A stretch of 64,000 nt of DNA from Chrysomallon squamiferum (GCA_012295275.1 CM022672.1:16120001-16184000); one strand, 5' to 3'. Positions 25,321 through 40,907 are shown, counted from the first letter of the stretch. Notes: generated by a model not told the origin, from the letters alone. Made by a program: numbers and translations.

Positions 25321-28059
25321 ACAAAGTTTGAAATGCAATAAAATTTAATATTAAAAAGTGCTGAATTTTTGTTAAACAGATATCCATTTATTTAATAAAA
25401 GCAGTTTACAAAAGACTAATTTAAATTCAGTTTTCATAAATTAAAAAAAATGACAAGTTGATAAAGGTTTTAAAAACAACCATTACTAGAGGGGGAAAAA
25501 AAAGAAGCATTATTTAGATTTTTCTTTTTTTTTTACCTGAACAGCATAAAACCATTAAATGTAGAAGTGAATAATAAATACTTTCTCACAGTTAATAACA
25601 TTCAGCAATAAATAAATAAAAAAATATTATGTGTACAGCTCTTATGAATTATACATTATAAAATATCTGCATTAAGTAGGTGTACTCAGTTTTCAATAGC
25701 ATGGATTATAGCACAGCAGCAGATTTCTCTCTCTGAGATCTGTCTTTCCCTCTACAGGCTATCATGTCACAAAAAAAAAAACACATACCCTAAGTCCACA
25801 TAAAACACCACATTATATGCTTTTCTGTCCATGCAAAAGTTCATACAAAATATGCTTTACATATGATTTGTGTCTGTGATTAAGGGCATATAAAAAGGTG
25901 TTTGTAGTTAGCATGCATGCATTTCTGGGCTTAAGTACATAAAAAAAAGATTCCAAGCTGATAACGATAAAAGCAATTTATTATGTAACAATGTGTGGAA
26001 AAACTGTTTAAATAAAAAAGTCAGTTATTCACCATCCATTGTAAAAAAAAATGCAAACAAAAGTAAACCTGTTTGACTGATGTGATTCATTCAAAATACC
26101 TTTATAGTTGCCAAGAACATGTGTCGAATATCATCATAAAAACTACAAACTATTCAGTGAGTTAGATATCCTATATACATTCTCTTCAACTCCATGACAT
26201 GCTATTTCACTGACTAAAAACACTGTTTTATATTTCAAATGAAACAGATTCACAAACACATTTTCAGAAAGAACTGAAACAGGTACTGAATTATTTATCT
26301 GGCTTCCAGAAATCCTGGAAATCCAAGAAAGTGGCTATTTTGAATGAGGCCAGCTTTGTTCAGTTTGTGTGATGTCAGTTCAAGTGACAGGGTTGTTGTT
26401 GTATACAGGTGATCCTCTGACACTTACTTGTTTCAATTTACTATCATTTATTATCACACCTGAAAGACCAGCTGAAACACAACTTACTAAAGAAAAGCAT
26501 ATTCTGACAACTATTTTACAAAGTTTAACCGAATTGTTCATATTATTATTTTTTGAGTAATAATTTAACCAATAGCCATAAATGTGACAAAACTAGAAAT
26601 CTGGACAACCTCCAGCATGAGATAAATGGTTTGGTGCCTGTTCTCTTTTTCATTTTTTTATATTACCTCCAGTTAGTTTGTATTATTTCAATTTATGTTT
26701 GATATCATTTAGTTTCAGCAGAACTCTTCCATTTAACCATCATTTTTATTACCCAGACTGAAGTTCAGCAAACCAATTAATATAACAAAAACTAAAGTCT
26801 GGCACAAAATTTCACTCATGGAAATTTAAAAAAAAAAGAAACAAAAAAAGATCAGAATCATTCCATTTATTTTAAAAGCCTGCAAAGTTACTATCTTCAC
26901 ATTTCCTGTCAACGGATGCCAAATTCCACAACTGTAGAATTCACAGTCTTAGAGGAACACCAATGAAAACAGATCTTATCTAACATGACAGTCAGCCAAA
27001 TGCCAATGCATCAGCCATTCTTATTGGCTAGAAAAAAAAATTGTAAAAAAAAATTGTAAAAAAAACCCAAAAAAAAACAGAAGTAATAATTTTCTTTTAT
27101 TTAAAAAAAATATACATATTTTCTCTCCTCTTTTTTCCTCCTCAGTTCTGAGACTGCTTGTTTAAGACTTTTGGAAATATCACAAAGTTGGATTACACGA
27201 GTCTGTGAACATTTCCGCTTTAACTGCCAGTCTCCTTATCAAATGTGACAGAGCAAATCAACAACACCTGTCCAACTAAGCCGATGAAAACACCATCCAC
27301 ATCCCCGCTGTAGCTGCAGTCAGCGGCACACAGTTCTATCTTACCCTGCCACAAAGTCATAAAAATATTAACTTTCACACAAATCCAACACAATAAAACT
27401 TTTATTAGCTTAGACAGATCAGCCAATCATTTTTTTTATTATTATTATTTTTATTTTTTTTAAGAATTATTAAAAATATTCTCAGAAACTGGCAGTGAAA
27501 GAATGGTTGATAAATCTGTCCGTTTATATATAGTAACACAGACAATGATGAGTCTTTTAAAAAACCATTAGGATTCTTGAAAATTCTCAACAACTCTTGG
27601 TATACAGTATCCTCTGGAAGCAAAAAAAATTCAAAATCTATGTTTGTATCAGACTGAGTGGTAAAATGAACAAAACATCTGGAAAGCGATGGGAAAATGC
27701 AAATGGTACAACTCGGAGATTTGGAGCTGTGTGGAATTTCTTAATCAGTCAATCAGAATTTTTGTTTCAAGAAACTGCGTTAATGATTTACACACAAGGG
27801 CATGCAACTCTTCTTTGGCGGTCCTGTGCTTAGATGATTTCAGCCACTTGCTATGACAAGCATGAAATTTTAAGAAGAAAATAACGAAAAAAAAATATTA
27901 AAAAAAAAATATATGTATATATATAAAAACTGGAAAGACATTCTTTCTTTTCAACTTATTAAGTGTGTGACTTAAAATCTGATCATTTTTAAAACAACTG
28001 TTATTAACAGTTCAACTCTCAGTTTTCTTAGTTTGTTACATACGAATAGGAATCTTTCA

Positions 28060-28900
28060 TATGAAAGGTGATTTTGTAAATGCAGTTCAGCTCAAATTTC
28101 ATTATCTCTTCACCATCTGAATTAGAACTGTTAAGGTTTGTTTTGCTCAGATTTCATTTTTTACCATTTGCAATTGGAACCTATCAGGTAGTTAGTTTTA
28201 CCACAAAACGTTAGCTACAGTTTCAGAATTTCTTTCAGTTTGAATAAAAAAAAAACATAGCATGATGATGTACTAAAATTTACCTATACAGTTTTTGTTT
28301 TTTGTGGGGGGCCGTTTAGCTTAACTTTCATTATTTTTAACATACTGAATTAGAACTTTCTTCAGCTCAGTTTTCACGACCACTTTACATTTTGAATTAA
28401 AAACCATAAAATTATGATTTACTATCAACTAGTAATAAACTAGTTTGCTGTTATGTAGTTAGCTCAAATTTCATGGTTTATATCTGAATAAAAAAATACA
28501 TAGTAGTGATGTACTCCAGTTTAAGTTTGAAAATTTACTTTATTTAATTTTATAAACTAGTAGAGAATTATGTACAACAGTTCAGTTGAAATTTCATGGT
28601 TCATTTACTGTTTGAATTATAAACTAGGCTATGACGATGAACTAAAGTTTAGTTCTAGCTCCACAGTGTCTTTGCCAGCAGTTTGAATCAGAAACAATAC
28701 AGCAATGATCTACTAAACTGAATTACAAATTACTCAGTAATGTGTTTTCCTGTTTAGCTCATATTTCACAGGTTTGATTTTTTTTCACAGATTGTATTAC
28801 AAACTATCCAACAGTTATAGGTTAAAGTTTACGTTAAATTACTAATACTAAACTGAATTACAACTTTGCAATGTTTAGTACTAGTGTTTAGTTCAAATTT
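28060..28900. repeat. Old degenerate tandem array
   Basis: TTCAGCTCAAATTTCAT and TGAATTA(G/A)AAC motifs recur many times. Confidence 0.6.
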
Positions 28901-29827
28901 CTAATTTCACTTAACATAAAAAAAATATATATATAATAATAATATCTAGACTTTCCTTATTTTCTATTTTTATAAGTCTAGTCGGCTTTCCTAATATCTC
29001 TAGATAAATAAATAACAAAATGTGACATGCACATTTATAACGTTTGTTAATCTTTATGATTTCCCTGTATTCTGACACTTATTTTAACTCACTGTGAACA
29101 ACAGTTCCTTTAGTTATCAGTAATTAACATTCAACTGTGATACTCTGTCATTTTTAATCATTTTATCATCAATGAAATTACAATGTTTTGGTATTTATAT
29201 GAGCACTGTAAAAAGATCCTAAGAAAAGAAAGATTTTGTGTTATTTTTTTCTTTCTATTTATAGAATTTGTTTTTATTAGGTTTGTTATTGTTTTAATTT
29301 TATTCATTGTTAGGATGGGTGGTTTTTTTGTGGGGTGGAATGTTGTTTGTTTATTTGACATTTTGTTTGGGTCTGAGGATGGGAGGAGAATAATTATGTT
29401 TCTGTTTTTTTGCCTATTCCTTTTATTATTATTACTACTACTACTATTTGCCTATTCTTTTTATTATTATTATTACTACTACTACTACTACTACTACTAC
29501 AAGAACTATGTTTATTATGAAAAAAGCACACAGGTTTTAATATGACTTATTTTAAGAATAATACAACATGACAAACATACAAAAGTATAAGAATATTTTT
29601 GCAAGATAACTGTTTAAAAAAAATATATATTTGCCTTGTCATTCAAGATCTCATCTTTTTTTTTTTTTTTTTTTTTTAAATTCCCTCGTGAGATATACAG
29701 AGACATGCTAAGTGAAATGTTTGTGTGATTTGTATATGTGGTAAAAACTTCCTCATTGTTCAAAATCCAAGAGTTACAAGATGAACAACATACTTAAGTT
29801 TTGTTATGATCATGAACCAACACCATT

Positions 29828-30083
29828 CCACACACATACATAAAACACACAAACACACTCACACATAGACACACACTCACACATACACACACTCACACAA
29901 ACACACACATACACATACACACATACACATTCACACAAACACATCAATACACATACACATTCACACAAACACACACACACACAGACACATACATAAACAC
30001 ACACACACACAAACACACTCACAAACACACACATATACCATATAATGATTTAATATATATGAATATATACTCATGTGTGGTCT

Positions 30084-30125
<42 letters not shown>
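29828..30125. repeat. Long degenerate CA-rich tract plus pure (CA)n
   Basis: Direct inspection. Confidence 0.9.
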
Positions 30126-30126
<1 letters not shown>

Positions 30127-30942
30127 TACATAAGTAGATTTACATATATAGAGATGCATAAACAGATGTCCACACAAAAAACATGAAGATATCTCTACAT
30201 ATGCACTCATAAAAAAATACATACAATACAAAGATGTGTAGATTCACACAAACAGGTAATATATTATAATATACAAAAATATGTATGAATATACACAGAT
30301 TAATACACAAGCACGCAAGTCTACATCAGTATGCATTTAGCTAGTTACATATACTCTGAACCTAATTTGACACTATTCATGCAAGTATTCATATTCATGT
30401 AAATGTCCATGCACATACATCAAGATAAGTGCATCTGTGTGAATGCATCATTAGTCACATTCTAAGTGTTTCATTTTCACTGCTTAATAGAGCCTTGCTG
30501 TAGATATCTCCGAATCAAAAGTTCATGATATTAATTTCACAAAATAACTTTCTAATTTCTTGAATTAGAAACTTGTGAATAACTCTAAAGCAACAAATGA
30601 AAAGAAATGTGTGACGTACATGGAATCATTAGCTTTGACAAATAAAACTAATTATTATTTTACCGTATTTCCTAATTAGACTACATACTTGTTATGGAAG
30701 GTGCAACAACCTTTTCTGTTAAACATAAAAAATCAATATGTGATTACTTTAGACAAAAAAAAAAAAAAAAAAATCTTTCTTTCTTTTTTTTTCTCTCTCG
30801 TTAATACAGTTTTTGTTAATTACAAACCTGAATGTTGAAAACTGGAATTTTCTTATCTAAACTGAAAGAAAAGAAATTGACAATACTATTCTTTTAACTA
30901 TATATATATACATATATATATTTAAATACATATATATTATTG

Positions 30943-30944
<2 letters not shown>

Positions 30945-31001
<57 letters not shown>
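30945..31001. repeat. (TG)n microsatellite
   Basis: Direct inspection. Confidence 0.98.
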
Positions 31002-31003
<2 letters not shown>

Positions 31004-31486
31004 AACCATGCATGACAAATAAGGGGTAACATTAGAATGTTTTGAGGGAACATTAAACATTTATTAATTTATTCTCAGAAAGCCAAGAAAGAGAATAAAA
31101 AACCTCAAAAACAACCAAACAAACAAAGGCATTAACAGAAACTCAGAGCACTAGATGTAGGAACCTGTTTTCTGTCTGTAAATAACAAAATAATGCTTAC
31201 AAAGACAATTATCTTAAAGACAAATGATATTAATTTGGGCTGTGAGAATGAAAAAAGAGAGAAAAAAGCGATTCTGCAAACATGACAGAAAAACAAATCA
31301 TGCCAGTTACTGAGCAAAATATATATATATATATAGGCCTATATATATATACATTTTTTCTTCTATTCTAATTATTAAATATACTTCAAGACATTAATCT
31401 AACTAATAAGACAAAAACTTCAAAATTAAAACCATCAAAATAGTCATTAAATTAAATTATTTAAACAGTAAATTACTGTCACTTGG

Positions 31487-31523
<37 letters not shown>

Positions 31524-32256
31524 ATTAATCAACTAATGTGCCTGGACAGAAGATTTTCCATGAGAAAAGTAATCAAGAGTTTTTCTGTGACTAAGAAAAA
31601 AGATTATTATTATTATTATTATTATTATTTTTCATTTATTTATTTATTTTAATTTTCAATATTTTTTTTTTATATATAGCATTTTTATTGTACCATGAAC
31701 ATAAATTTTGTATCTGGAGTGGACATATATACATCTGACTCAGTCATATAAACTGAGTATCTCTACCAGTGCATGTGAGGTTATTAATATTTAAACAGTA
31801 CCACATTTCACAGGGGTTTTGTTCTTTTCTCTGTAATGGATAAACAGACATGCAATATTAATATTAAAAAAAAAGGTTAAAAAAAAAGGTTAAAAAGCAG
31901 GGGCTAAAAAACAGAAGTAAAGCACAATAAGAGAAAGAGAAGAAAAAAAAAAACTGTTAGTGAAAAAGAACAAATAATAAAGAGAGTGACTGAAAAATGG
32001 TATAAAATAAATGAAAAATGAAAAAAGTGATTAGGTGAGAGAATCAAATTATAAAAGCCATTAAATTAATCCAAAGGAAAAAAATAACCTACTTGTAATA
32101 ACAATAAATGTATATTTCTAAAATAATAAATCTATTTTAATATAAAAATATTTGCTATTGATTAAAAATTGTTTTATTATTTTCCGTTTTTTGTGCTAGA
32201 AATATTACAATAATGTTATATATGAAAAAAAAAAGTTTTTATTATAATGTCACATG

Positions 32257-32259
<3 letters not shown>

Positions 32260-32321
<62 letters not shown>
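32260..32321. repeat. (TC)n microsatellite
   Basis: Direct inspection. Confidence 0.98.
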
Positions 32322-32734
32322 ATTTTATATCTCTCTACCCCTTTATACTCTGATTCTACATTATTCAGTTTTATGATAAACTGACTGCTTACACTTCAAA
32401 CTTTATACAAAAAAAATTAAACAGAATGGAAAATAATATAATATTAAAAAGAAGAAGAAAAAAAAAAAAAAAAAACCCCCAACCAACCAACCATCCAAGC
32501 TTTCTTTACAAATCAATGAAATAATTAGTGTAGTTTTCCAATATATATATATCTGTACCCATTCATTTGTCAACTTGATAGATTGATCCATGCTATGTTA
32601 TACCTTGCATATCAAACAGATCGATGGAAACTCTTATATCAGTCCACTTTTAACTTATCTACAATAACACAGTAGATTCATTATTACTGTTTTTATGGGT
32701 AGTAATTTTATGTGTGAATGTGTATGTGTGTGCG

Positions 32735-32772
<38 letters not shown>

Positions 32773-33464
32773 TGTTATTTTTATTTTTATAAAGTTAGAG
32801 AAAAACATGTTAGCAAACCAATCATTTGTATTTATTTTATTTTATTTTATTTTGTTTTATAATTAAGTGAAAACAAACAAAAATTAATCTAATTCCCCTC
32901 AAAAAAATAAACATCCCAAAACAGAAAAAATTAAATAAAATTATAATCTTTATCTTTTTTCTTCTTTTTTTCCTACTTTTCAATTTATTTATTTATTTTT
33001 TTAATTCAGTTTTAATTTTTTAATTTTCCTTTTCTTTTTTTTATTTTTTTTTTTTTTTTTTTTTATTTTCCCCAGGCAATAATAATAATACTGATATTAG
33101 ATTTGGTTCACATTTCACAAATAAAATTAAATATATATATTTTTTTAAATGTTTTTGCAGGGATCAATGCTTATTCTGTTACATGTATTAAATAAAGATC
33201 GGTTTTACACTCGTAATGGATTGGCTACAATGAGTCATACAATAACAACACGGGACTTCTGAAAACACAGGGCTAGAGAAAAGTGTTGTATTTCATTCTC
33301 AGAATTACATTACTACCGAATCACAGGAAAAATATATTGATTCTTAATGTGACTTTAACACCAACTAGTATGAAAGTGAAACTAATTCATATATTGGCTG
33401 TAAAATATAGAACTAATTTACACACAGAGATTTAATTCATTTAAGAAAAGAAAAAAAAATCTTC

Positions 33465-33760
33465 AAAAGAAAAGTTAAATTAATTCATACACTGGATTAG
33501 AATAATAATTATAATTTACACATTGCATTATTTCATTTAGAAAATAATAAAAATAATAGTCAAGCCAATTCAAAGGAAAAGGGTAAACCATTACATACCT
33601 TAACTGTAGATCATAAAATAAATTTACACACTGAACTTTATTATTTAAAAAAAATAATAAAAAAATAGTCAAGCCAATTCAAAAGAAAAGTTAAATTAAT
33701 TCATACATTGGCTACAAATTATAAAAGTAATTTACACACTGCATTATTTAATAGAAAAGT
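33465..33760. repeat. Tandem triplication of roughly 108 bp
   Basis: AAAAGTTAAATTAATTCATACA, ATAGTCAAGCCAATTCAAA and AATTTACACA(C/T)TG recur. Confidence 0.8.
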
Positions 33761-34023
33761 TAAACAGATTGACAACAGTAGTAATTTACAGAAATTTACT
33801 AATTCATCTGTAATGTTTGTAACTTGGGAAATATTCCACTGGATATTCAGTAAAGCATTTAATGTTGCTACAGTCTTTTCTGTGTTAAAAGTGTTTATCT
33901 CTCTGTTAAACATGTCTTAAAAGGCTGTCTGCATAATCCATAAAATTATTTATTTTATAATAACCAACACAGACAGAAATAAATAAATAATAAATAAATA
34001 AATTCATGTTTTATGTATGTGTG

Positions 34024-34054
<31 letters not shown>

Positions 34055-34269
34055 ATATGTAAAATAATAAAAATAAAAATAAAATAAATAAATAAACCAC
34101 AGATAAGAACACCTGCATCAAAACTGAATATTTACTGTACAAAGTGTTAATTGACAAAAATGTGACAAACAATAAATCACAGTCAAAGTGAATTTGGAAT
34201 AATACCAAATATTTACATTGTAAACACTGATGGATTTTAAAGGTGGATGGATGAAAGGATGTATGGATG

Positions 34270-34312
<43 letters not shown>

Positions 34313-34365
34313 ATGAGTGTATTTGTGTGTGTATTTATATTCATATTTGTAATACGTGCATATAA

Positions 34366-34402
<37 letters not shown>

Positions 34403-34975
34403 TATATTACTTATGGGATGTATAATACAAACACACATACACAGACAAACCATGCTTTTCAACCAAAGAAAGGTTAAACGATTGGACTGTTGTGTACTAA
34501 AACTAAACTAGATAATCCATTTACTGTGAATCACTTCTTTACTTACTCTGTATGTCTGCACTACAGTTTCATGCCAGATAGGAAGAAGAAAAAAAAAATC
34601 AAGCTTATCAGATTGAGCACTTAAAATACATTTACAATGATATGGTCAACAAGCCATGGCTATGGTCCCAGAATGCCAGAGATCTGGTTTCTTTTATCAG
34701 TGTATAAACTGTATGAGTAAACCCATCAGGCAGTGGAGATATACACACAGACTGCAATATGACACTAATCATAGTGACCCTCTGTGATTCTTCTTCAAAG
34801 TCCATTATACTGAGTGAGTGAACAGCATTGCTTTGTAATAATTTTATTAATGACAGTTTTAAAACCAGCATTTTGAATGAACAGCAAGGTTTATAATAAT
34901 TGTGTTAACAATAGTTTTTAATACTTTTAAACATAAAGGATATTATTATAATAATTATTATTTATTTATTTTTAA

Positions 34976-35014
<39 letters not shown>

Positions 35015-35122
35015 TGATATAAGCTCATTGAACACAAATGAAGAAGAAGGGAAATACTATGTTTTCAGGTTGGTTACAATAAATGAATTTGTGCATGTAT
35101 GTGTCTGTGTGTGTGTGTGTGT

Positions 35123-35162
<40 letters not shown>

Positions 35163-35854
35163 ATACTTTTATCATAAATTTTGTGTATTATAGTATCACT
35201 TCATTTCTAATTTGTCTAACAGATCTACTATCTACTGCCTGGCAGTTTAAACTCTTTAAAATCTTTCAGTTTAAAAAATTTCTCTGATTTATATCTAACA
35301 ATGAAATCAATTTTAATTTGTACTTATACGCTGAACCAACTTTTTTATACATAGGCCTATATCTATTTCAACTGTAACCATATGATTAACTTTATTGATA
35401 TAAATCTTATACATAAATGCATTCTAATTTTACCTGTATGACTAATCAATTTCATGATTGTATCTCTGTTTGTACATAAAACATTCAAAAACACACACAC
35501 ACATAAATATATATAAATATATATATATATAGCTATAGATATACATATATAGATACATACATATATTCAGTATATTCATACCATTTTGAAATAGTATGTC
35601 AAAGCTTATTTTCCTTAATCTATATCCTACACCTGTTTCTATTCTCAACAATAAAATTATATATACAACAAACAAGCAAAATTCTTTCCTTACATAAACA
35701 TCTTATACATATGTACTTTTAAAAATTAACCTATTTCTTTAGCTATCAGAAATGTACAGGCCAGGTAAGATAATCTAACTTACTTACATAAAAGCAAACA
35801 TAATTACTACCACACAGGTAAACAACAAACATCTCAGCCGGTAAATCTAAACTT

Positions 35855-36240
35855 CTCACCTGAGATTAAGTAACTCGTCAAGGTTGTATATAGATATATC
35901 TATATATCTATATATATTTTTTTTTCTCTCCACAAAACAATATTCCAATAGAGAAAAAAAAAACAGCCACAAGAGAAACTACAACAGCATTAAAAATCCT
36001 CCACTGCTTATACACAAGCCAAGAAACTGAATGAGAGGAAAACTATAGCTGTTTCTTGCCAGAATGAATGTGTACACTCTCACAAAGTCGGTGTGATATA
36101 TCTGTGTTATAGGCCTGGCAGCTAGGCTACTACTGCAGTAGAGGTCAGTGTGGGGTACGCGTGTGTATGTTACACACTCCAGTTGAGATATGAGATAACA
36201 CAGTGATATAACGCAATGCAAGATTTTAGTAGTCAGCAAC
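35855..36240 (-). promoter_or_regulatory. Possible alternative promoter or non-coding first exon
   Basis: Complex CpG-retaining block with Inr-like TCAGTT (36025-36030, minus strand) and a downstream CAG|gtgaga donor at about 35859. Confidence 0.2.
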
Positions 36241-36303
36241 TAAAATAATTTTTTTTCCAGGATTCAAGCTTTGTACTTTGACTGATTGCTGTTATTTTAT
36301 TTT

Positions 36304-36341
<38 letters not shown>

Positions 36342-36372
36342 ACCATTATTACTTTAATCTGAATAATAATAT

Positions 36373-36428
<56 letters not shown>

Positions 36429-37249
36429 TATTAATTAATTAATTAATTTATTATTATTTCCTTTTTTTAAACTGCTTTTTTTTGTTTGTTTGGTAAGTCT
36501 TAATGAATTCAAATCTTTTGATATGTTTTTGACAGCAATGTTTCTTTAAAGGAAAACAAAGTTGAACAACTATATACATTTTCCTTTTGTTTTGTTTTTT
36601 CTTCTTTTTTTTCAATTTATTTTTACTTTTTAATTTAACTCTGCTTCTGTTAATATTTCCTTTCTGATGTGTATTTGTTGCTGATGTAACAATTAGCATT
36701 TGATGTTTCTTGTTGTAACAACATTTATTTTATGGTTCTTTCCCATTCCTCTCAAATGATTTTTATTTTTTTCAATTAATTTATTCATTTTTATTTTATC
36801 TTTTATTATTTTTTAATTATTATTATTATTATTATATATTTTTTTAAATATTATTTATTCATTTTTTTGTCTTTTAATTATTTTATTCATTTATTGTTGT
36901 TGTTATTATTATTATTATTATTATTATTAATTACACTCAGATATCACTAACAGAACAATATCGCTTCCTTCTTCTCTTTTCTTCTTCTGAAATTATGGAT
37001 CTGCTCCTTGCACAGTAAACTACAACAAGTTAGCAGGTATAATCCAAATGGGTTCTAATCCTCTCGTTTTTATGCTTCAGAGGATCCTGTGTTGTCAACA
37101 AAATGCAGCTGAATGGCTTGAATACAACACAGAATGGAGCCGAAATGAACAGAACACACAGAGTACAATGTCATACCTGAATACCACGTTGTACAGTGTT
37201 ACCAGTCAATACACTGTAACAAATGTTATACGTAAATAAGGGGTAGCAC

Positions 37250-38430
37250 ATACAATGTGTTAATGTAAATGTGACAAATGTAATGTGTTAGTATAAATGT
37301 GACCAGGATAATGTGTTAATGTAAATGTGACTAATATAATGTGTTAATGTAAATGTGACAAATGTAGTACGTGAACGAATGTAGTAAATGTGACAAATGT
37401 AATGTTAATACAAATGTGACTAACACAATGTGTGAATCTAAATGGGGTAAATGATATAATGAAAATACATCGCCTATAAAGTGCATGAAAATAAATATGG
37501 CAAAATGTGTGAATACAGACAAATGTAATGTATAAACATAAATGTGACAAATGTAAAGTGTGACTATAACCTATACTGTTATACTAGAATATACAATGTA
37601 ACAAATATTTATGAGTGAGTTATATGTGAGTACAGTATAATACAATGTTATTACAGAATATAATGTAATAAATGTTATATGTAAAAATGTGGCAACACAT
37701 AATATAATAAGTTTATAGAGTGTAACATATAAATTATAATGTGATTTATGCAGGGTATTATATGTGAAAACAGTGTAAAAACTTTTATGTGAAACAAGCA
37801 TAACAATTTGTTTTAATATAAATAAAACCTTATGTTGGTTTTTTTGGTGAATAGTGTAACAAATTTTTTGATGTGGATATATTGTAACTAACATTTAATG
37901 TGCATACAGTGTAACAAATATGAATACTAGGTAACAAGTTTTTTGTGAATAGTGTATTTTATGTTAGTAGAGTACAACAAATCTTATATGTGAATAATAG
38001 TGTTACAAATCTTCTGTTGAAGACTAATAGTTCATGTATACAGTGTAACAAATGTAAATATTAGGTAATATTAGAATCTTTTGTGTGAATAAAGCATAAG
38101 AAATATTTTATGTGAATACAGTGTAACAAATCCTTTATGTGAATGCAGTGTAACAAATGTAAATATCAGATAGCAAATGTTTTATGTTAATAGTTTTACT
38201 AGTATTTAGAGTTGTATGTGAATACAGTGTAGTTAATATTTTATATGTATACATGTAAGAAAAGTGAATGTTAAGCACTGAATCTTTTTTGTGAAAAGTA
38301 AAACAAATCTTTTACATGAATACAGTATAACAACTGTGAATATTGGGTAACAAATGTTTTATGTGAATGCGATATAAAAAAATACAACATGTTATTAGAC
38401 TGTCAAAATAATATGTAAAATGGTGTGACA
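37250..38430. repeat. Old degenerate TG/AT-rich satellite array
   Basis: Recurrent AATGTGTTAATGTAAATGTGAC on the left grading into TATGTGAATACAGTGTAACAAAT on the right. Confidence 0.8.
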
Positions 38431-39240
38431 AATGAACTATGTGAGAGTAGAGTGTCTAATGAAATATGCATGTATCCATGAATATATGCAGAGTGTAATG
38501 AATATGATATATAAACGTAAATGTGACAGACATAAATACGACAGCTTGTGAAAAGCAGATGAAAAAGTTGTTTTTAAACGGAAACAGCAAACTTCTTATT
38601 ATTTGCAGCCACTTTTTGCAGTGTCATAGGAATGAAATTATTAATGAATATTTATATATTCAGTTTTAAGCAGAGGAAAACCAATTTCCAAATGGACACA
38701 TGTCTTTGTTTTGGGGTTCTGAATTAAAATTTTAAAATGATGTAAAGATTTATTTAAATTGTTTTTAGATTTATATTGTTACAAAGTATACAGCCGTGAT
38801 TCCTCTGTCAATAATTTTTAAAACTGTGATAGTGGATTATGAATTATTATTTATAATCTAGCAAGACATGGATCGTGCACGTACACATGCTTAACATAAA
38901 GGTATATTACACAGCATTTCCCAGTCTTACCAGAGTTCAGAAGAAAAAAAAAGGTCAAAAATGAACACTGTTTTTTTTTTTTTAATATTTTACCCCTCAA
39001 TCTGTACTATGAAGTTAACATTACATTTTTTTTAAAAGATATCAGTTTCTAAACAGTTTACTACGTAATTTGTACTTCCAATAAATATATATTATGGGTA
39101 TTTTGACAAGAAAATCAGCATAAGAAAATTACACTTCCAATCCCTTTAATCTGATTTATGTAACTGTGACAAAAAAAAAAAGAAGAAAAAAAGAGGAAAA
39201 TATGGAAGAAAAAAATGTTATTCCATTATAAAAATAACAA

Positions 39241-39276
<36 letters not shown>

Positions 39277-39946
39277 CTGGGAAAAAACATCAAAGAACTA
39301 TAACAAAGAACCTTTGATTAAAACACATTAAAAAGAATGAAATTAAAATAAAACTGAACCAGGATAAAACATTACTATAATGAAATTTACCAAAAAAAAA
39401 AATTCATTTTGACTTTTGTTGGTCAAGATGAATATATACAGATTTGTATTTCACATCAAACACTCAGAAAATCTACATAAATACTTACACAGATACACAC
39501 ACACAATCAAATATACAAACACAACTCATTTAAGAAAAGGTTCAAACAGGACTGAAATCTGATTTTCAATTTCACAAAGCTGAATTTTAAATACATTTTT
39601 TTTATTGAGTGTCATACCTGTGCTATGCAAACAGGTGTATGTACATAAAAACAAACAAACATTATGGAAGTGTCTTTTACACAAAGGTTCATAAAAACAA
39701 AGGCAGTAATTAAGATGAAAAAAAAAACCTATGTAAAAAAATGATTTGTTAATTTTATTTCAGATTAAAAATGTAGTATCTCTTTAAAACCATACATACT
39801 CCGGTAATTGCTAACTAACATTAATGTCAATTTTATTGGGATCTATTTCCTATCTCAATTACATGCAGCTTGCATATATAATGTGGAAACACCTGAAATC
39901 ATTCTTGTACGCCATTTAAAGTAATTCATCACGTGGCGAGATTTAA

Positions 39947-39997
<51 letters not shown>

Positions 39998-40480
39998 AAA
40001 ATACTCACAATATACATACAGAGAATGACAGGTTACTATCTTAAGATATGAGTTTTTTCCTGCAAAGATAAGAATGATGATTTGTAATGAGGATATACCA
40101 AGCTGGATTGGGCCATTCCACTTGAACAGGATAAAGATGATATATATTCAGACAGCAACAAGTTATTTCTTTCAACCTGCATTCCTAAGTAACACAAAAA
40201 CCAAATTAAATGAACAGTTTTACTTCTCAACTCTCTGTTACTGCAGGTAGCAGATTTACTTGAGTTGGTTTCATTGTTGCTGTACATAAAATGTTATTTT
40301 AAAATGGTCTTTGAAGATCCAAACCAGCAATTAAACACTAAAGAAGTAAATTTTAATAATGTATATAACTGAATGAATGGAAAAGAAAATACATATATAA
40401 ACACACACACACACAAACACACAAAGACAGATAGATTGATAAACTAATGGATGAATAGACAAATGAAAGGACAAAAATGG

Positions 40481-40522
<42 letters not shown>

Positions 40523-40907
40523 TGTAAAATATATACAGTGTCTACTACTAGCAAAATAGATGAGTTGGACTAATAGTCACTAAGTTAACATTCCTGTGGT
40601 CATCAAAAAATAAAGAATTTTTATTCTGTATTTAAATAAAAAGACATTTCCTTTTCACACACAAATGGCTTTTGCACAGTCTTTGTTCTTTGCCATCTTT
40701 TAACATATCGGTGTCTGAAGCATTTAGAAAATTTCTCACAAAGGTACAGTGTAAATGAGTAATTCTGGAAAAAAAAACACTTTAAAAAAGCCCAAGCATT
40801 CCAGCTAAGAGGTTGTGCAAATACCACAGCATAGTTTTATCCATCATGGCTGTGGCTATATTTTAAAGATAAGGAAGTCCGAAAGATTTACATCAGTTAT
40901 TAAAGAC

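Noticed and set aside
26187-26199. miR-281-like sequence (TGTCATGGAGTTG on the minus strand)
   Set aside because: Only the first 13 nt match the mature sequence as I recall it; the 3' part differs and I see no precursor hairpin.
35829-35870. miR-216-like hairpin (ATCTCAG...CTGAGAT)
   Set aside because: Stem is only 7 bp and the hairpin is too short for a pre-miRNA; 5' end mismatched.
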